Below, piece after piece: positions 62,123 through 64,000 of a stretch of 64,000 nucleotides of DNA (the stretch's first letter is position 1; each line of letters opens with the position of its first letter). The DNA comes from Muribaculaceae bacterium (GTDB lineage: Bacteria; Bacteroidota; Bacteroidia; Bacteroidales; Muribaculaceae): the NCBI GenBank assembly GCA_051890455.1, contig JBJFEE010000024.1, forward strand, positions 6,341 through 70,340, written 5' to 3'. The notes beneath the pieces were generated by a model, which saw only the letters and a list, made by a program, of their open reading frames with translations, was not told where the DNA came from and made no database searches. A program made the translations under genes and the position numbers.

Positions 62123-64000
62123 ATGAACGAGAAAGCGCTGACACAGCTGTATCTCAAGGATACGGCATTCCAGAATCTGATGCAGAGCCGCATTTTCAAC
62201 GTGCTGCTCATTGCATCGCGCTACGATGCGTTTGCCCTTGAGGAGGACGGACGCGTCGACGAGCAGCTTTATTTCGAATACGTGGCCCTCAACCTCAGCA
62301 GCCCGCCCCGCGTGACCCGCGTCTCCAATTTCGACGAGGCGCTTGAAGAGATGCGCCGCAAGCATTACGACCTGGTAATCTCCATGCCCGGTGTGGAAAT
62401 CAGCGACACTTTCTCCCGTTCCCGCGAGATAAAGGCCGAGTTCCCCGCCGTACCCATCGTCATGCTGACGCCGTTCAGCAAGGAAGTATCGCGCCGTATG
62501 GCTTCCGAGGACATGACGTACGTCGACTACGTCTTCAGCTGGCTCGGCAACATGGACCTTCTGCTGGCCATCATCAAGCTCCTCGAAGACCGGATGAACG
62601 CCGAGCGCGACATCAACGGGGTGGGGGTGCAGATGATTTTGCTTGTCGAAGACTCGGTGCGCTTTTATTCGTCGGTGCTCCCGCACCTTTACCGCTTCCT
62701 GCTCACCCAGTCGCGTGAGTTCTCGACCGAGGCACTCAACGAGCACGAGCAGATGCTGCGCATGCGCGGCCGTCCAAAGGTCATGCTGGCCCGCGACTAC
62801 GAGGAGGCTCGCGACCTGTACGAAAAGTACAAGGAAAACATCCTCGGCGTCATCAGTGACGTCTCGTTCAAACGCGAGGGCGTCAAGGACCACAGTGCCG
62901 GAATTACACTGGCCAAGTGGCTGAGGGGGCGAGACCCGTATCTGCCAATCATCATCGAGTCGAGCGAGGTGCAGAACGCCGAGCGCGTGCGCGACTTCAA
63001 CGGCATCTTCATCGACAAGAACTCCAAGAAACTGTCGGTCGACCTCGGCGAGGCCATCAAGGCCAGCTTCGGCTTCGGCGACTTTGTTATACGCAATCCG
63101 GCCACCGGCGCCGAGATAATGCGCATCAGCTCGCTCAACGACCTGCAGAAGCACGTCTTCGAGATTCCTGCCGACTCGCTCTACTACCACGCCTCGCACA
63201 ACGACATCTCGCGCTGGCTCTACTCCCGCGCCATGTTCCCCATCGCCGACGTGATGAAGCAGCACCGCTTCCGCAGCCTCGACGAGGCTCCGGCAGTGCG
63301 TCAGCTCATCTTCGAGCTGATTGTGAAATACCGCCGCATGAAAAACCGCGGCGTGGTGGCCGTGTTCAAGCGCGGCCGCTTCGACCACTATTCCAACTTT
63401 GCCCGTATCGGCCAGGGCAGTCTCGGCGGCAAAGCCCGCGGCCTGGCCTTTGTCGACTCGGTGATAAAGCACAAGGGCGAGTGCGACGACTTTGAGGGCG
63501 TCACCATCAGCATCCCGCGCACGGTGGTGCTGTGCACCGACCTCTTCGACCGGTTCATGGCCGAGAACAACCTCTACGGCGTGGCCCTCAGCGACGCCCC
63601 CGACGAGGAGATTCTGCGTCGGTTCCTTGAGGCGCGCCTTCCCGAGCGTCTCGACGAGGACCTGCGCGCCCTCATCGACGTCATCGACCGGCCCCTTGCC
63701 GTGCGTTCGTCCAGCCTGCTCGAGGACTCGCACTACCAGCCTTTCGCCGGTATCTACGCCACATACATGGTTCCGCACGGCACCGACTCCGACGAGATGA
63801 TGCGCCTGCTCAGCGAGGCCATCAAAGGGGTCTACGCCTCGGTGTTCTATGCCGACTCAAAGGCATACATGACAGCCACCTCAAATGTCATCGACCAAGA
63901 AAAGATGGCGGTGATAATTCAGGAGGTGGTGGGACATCGCCACGGCGACTGCTATTTCCCCAGTTTTTCCGGCGTGGGCCGTTCGCTCAATTATTATCCC
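62123..64000 (+). CDS. PEP/pyruvate-binding (PEP-synthase-like ATP-grasp) protein with N-terminal receiver-like domains; 3' end outside window
   Basis: Manual translation from ATG 62123: MNEKALTQLYLKDTAFQNLMQSRIFNVLLIAS...GSLGGKARGLAF...AVRSSSLLED...FAGIY; open to the window end, so absent from the ORF track. Confidence 0.88.
   Translation, partial: MNEKALTQLYLKDTAFQNLMQSRIFNVLLIASRYDAFALEEDGRVDEQLYFEYVALNLSSPPRVTRVSNFDEALEEMRRKHYDLVISMPGVEISDTFSRSREIKAEFPAVPIVMLTPFSKEVSRRMASEDMTYVDYVFSWLGNMDLLLAIIKLLEDRMNAERDINGVGVQMILLVEDSVRFYSSVLPHLYRFLLTQSREFSTEALNEHEQMLRMRGRPKVMLARDYEEARDLYEKYKENILGVISDVSFKREGVKDHSAGITLAKWLRGRDPYLPIIIESSEVQNAERVRDFNGIFIDKNSKKLSVDLGEAIKASFGFGDFVIRNPATGAEIMRISSLNDLQKHVFEIPADSLYYHASHNDISRWLYSRAMFPIADVMKQHRFRSLDEAPAVRQLIFELIVKYRRMKNRGVVAVFKRGRFDHYSNFARIGQGSLGGKARGLAFVDSVIKHKGECDDFEGVTISIPRTVVLCTDLFDRFMAENNLYGVALSDAPDEEILRRFLEARLPERLDEDLRALIDVIDRPLAVRSSSLLEDSHYQPFAGIYATYMVPHGTDSDEMMRLLSEAIKGVYASVFYADSKAYMTATSNVIDQEKMAVIIQEVVGHRHGDCYFPSFSGVGRSLNYYP

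Overview
Chromosomal backbone window of a GC-rich Bacteroidales bacterium. Muribaculaceae-like origin is an inference from gene order, TAnnTTTG promoters and T9SS-type C-terminal domains. It holds about 45 mostly housekeeping CDSs (ruvC, tricorn-like S41 protease, mutS2, sod, hppA, cstA, radC, nspC, UvrD/PcrA, prs, htpG, clpC, gyrA, tpiA, folE, pth, rplY, uvrA, GH97, dnaG, efp, cysK/cysE, partial PEP-synthase-like gene). I see no transposase, integrase, CRISPR array, rRNA or tRNA. The unusual signal is intergenic. (i) Thirteen GTAG-type REP/REPIN palindromes in three families. (ii) A triple-nested non-autonomous element at 6973-7435: a 33-bp-TIR MITE with a TTA duplication contains a second MITE, which contains a REPIN; the inner MITE+REPIN unit recurs at about 46956-47084. 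(iii) A ~170-nt structured RNA downstream of sod. (iv) Sigma54-like -24/-12 motifs before htpG and clpC, each followed by a REPIN in the predicted 5' UTR. (v) Short periodic repeat arrays (7, 9 and 23 bp). All family assignments come from motif recognition by eye; no database search was run.
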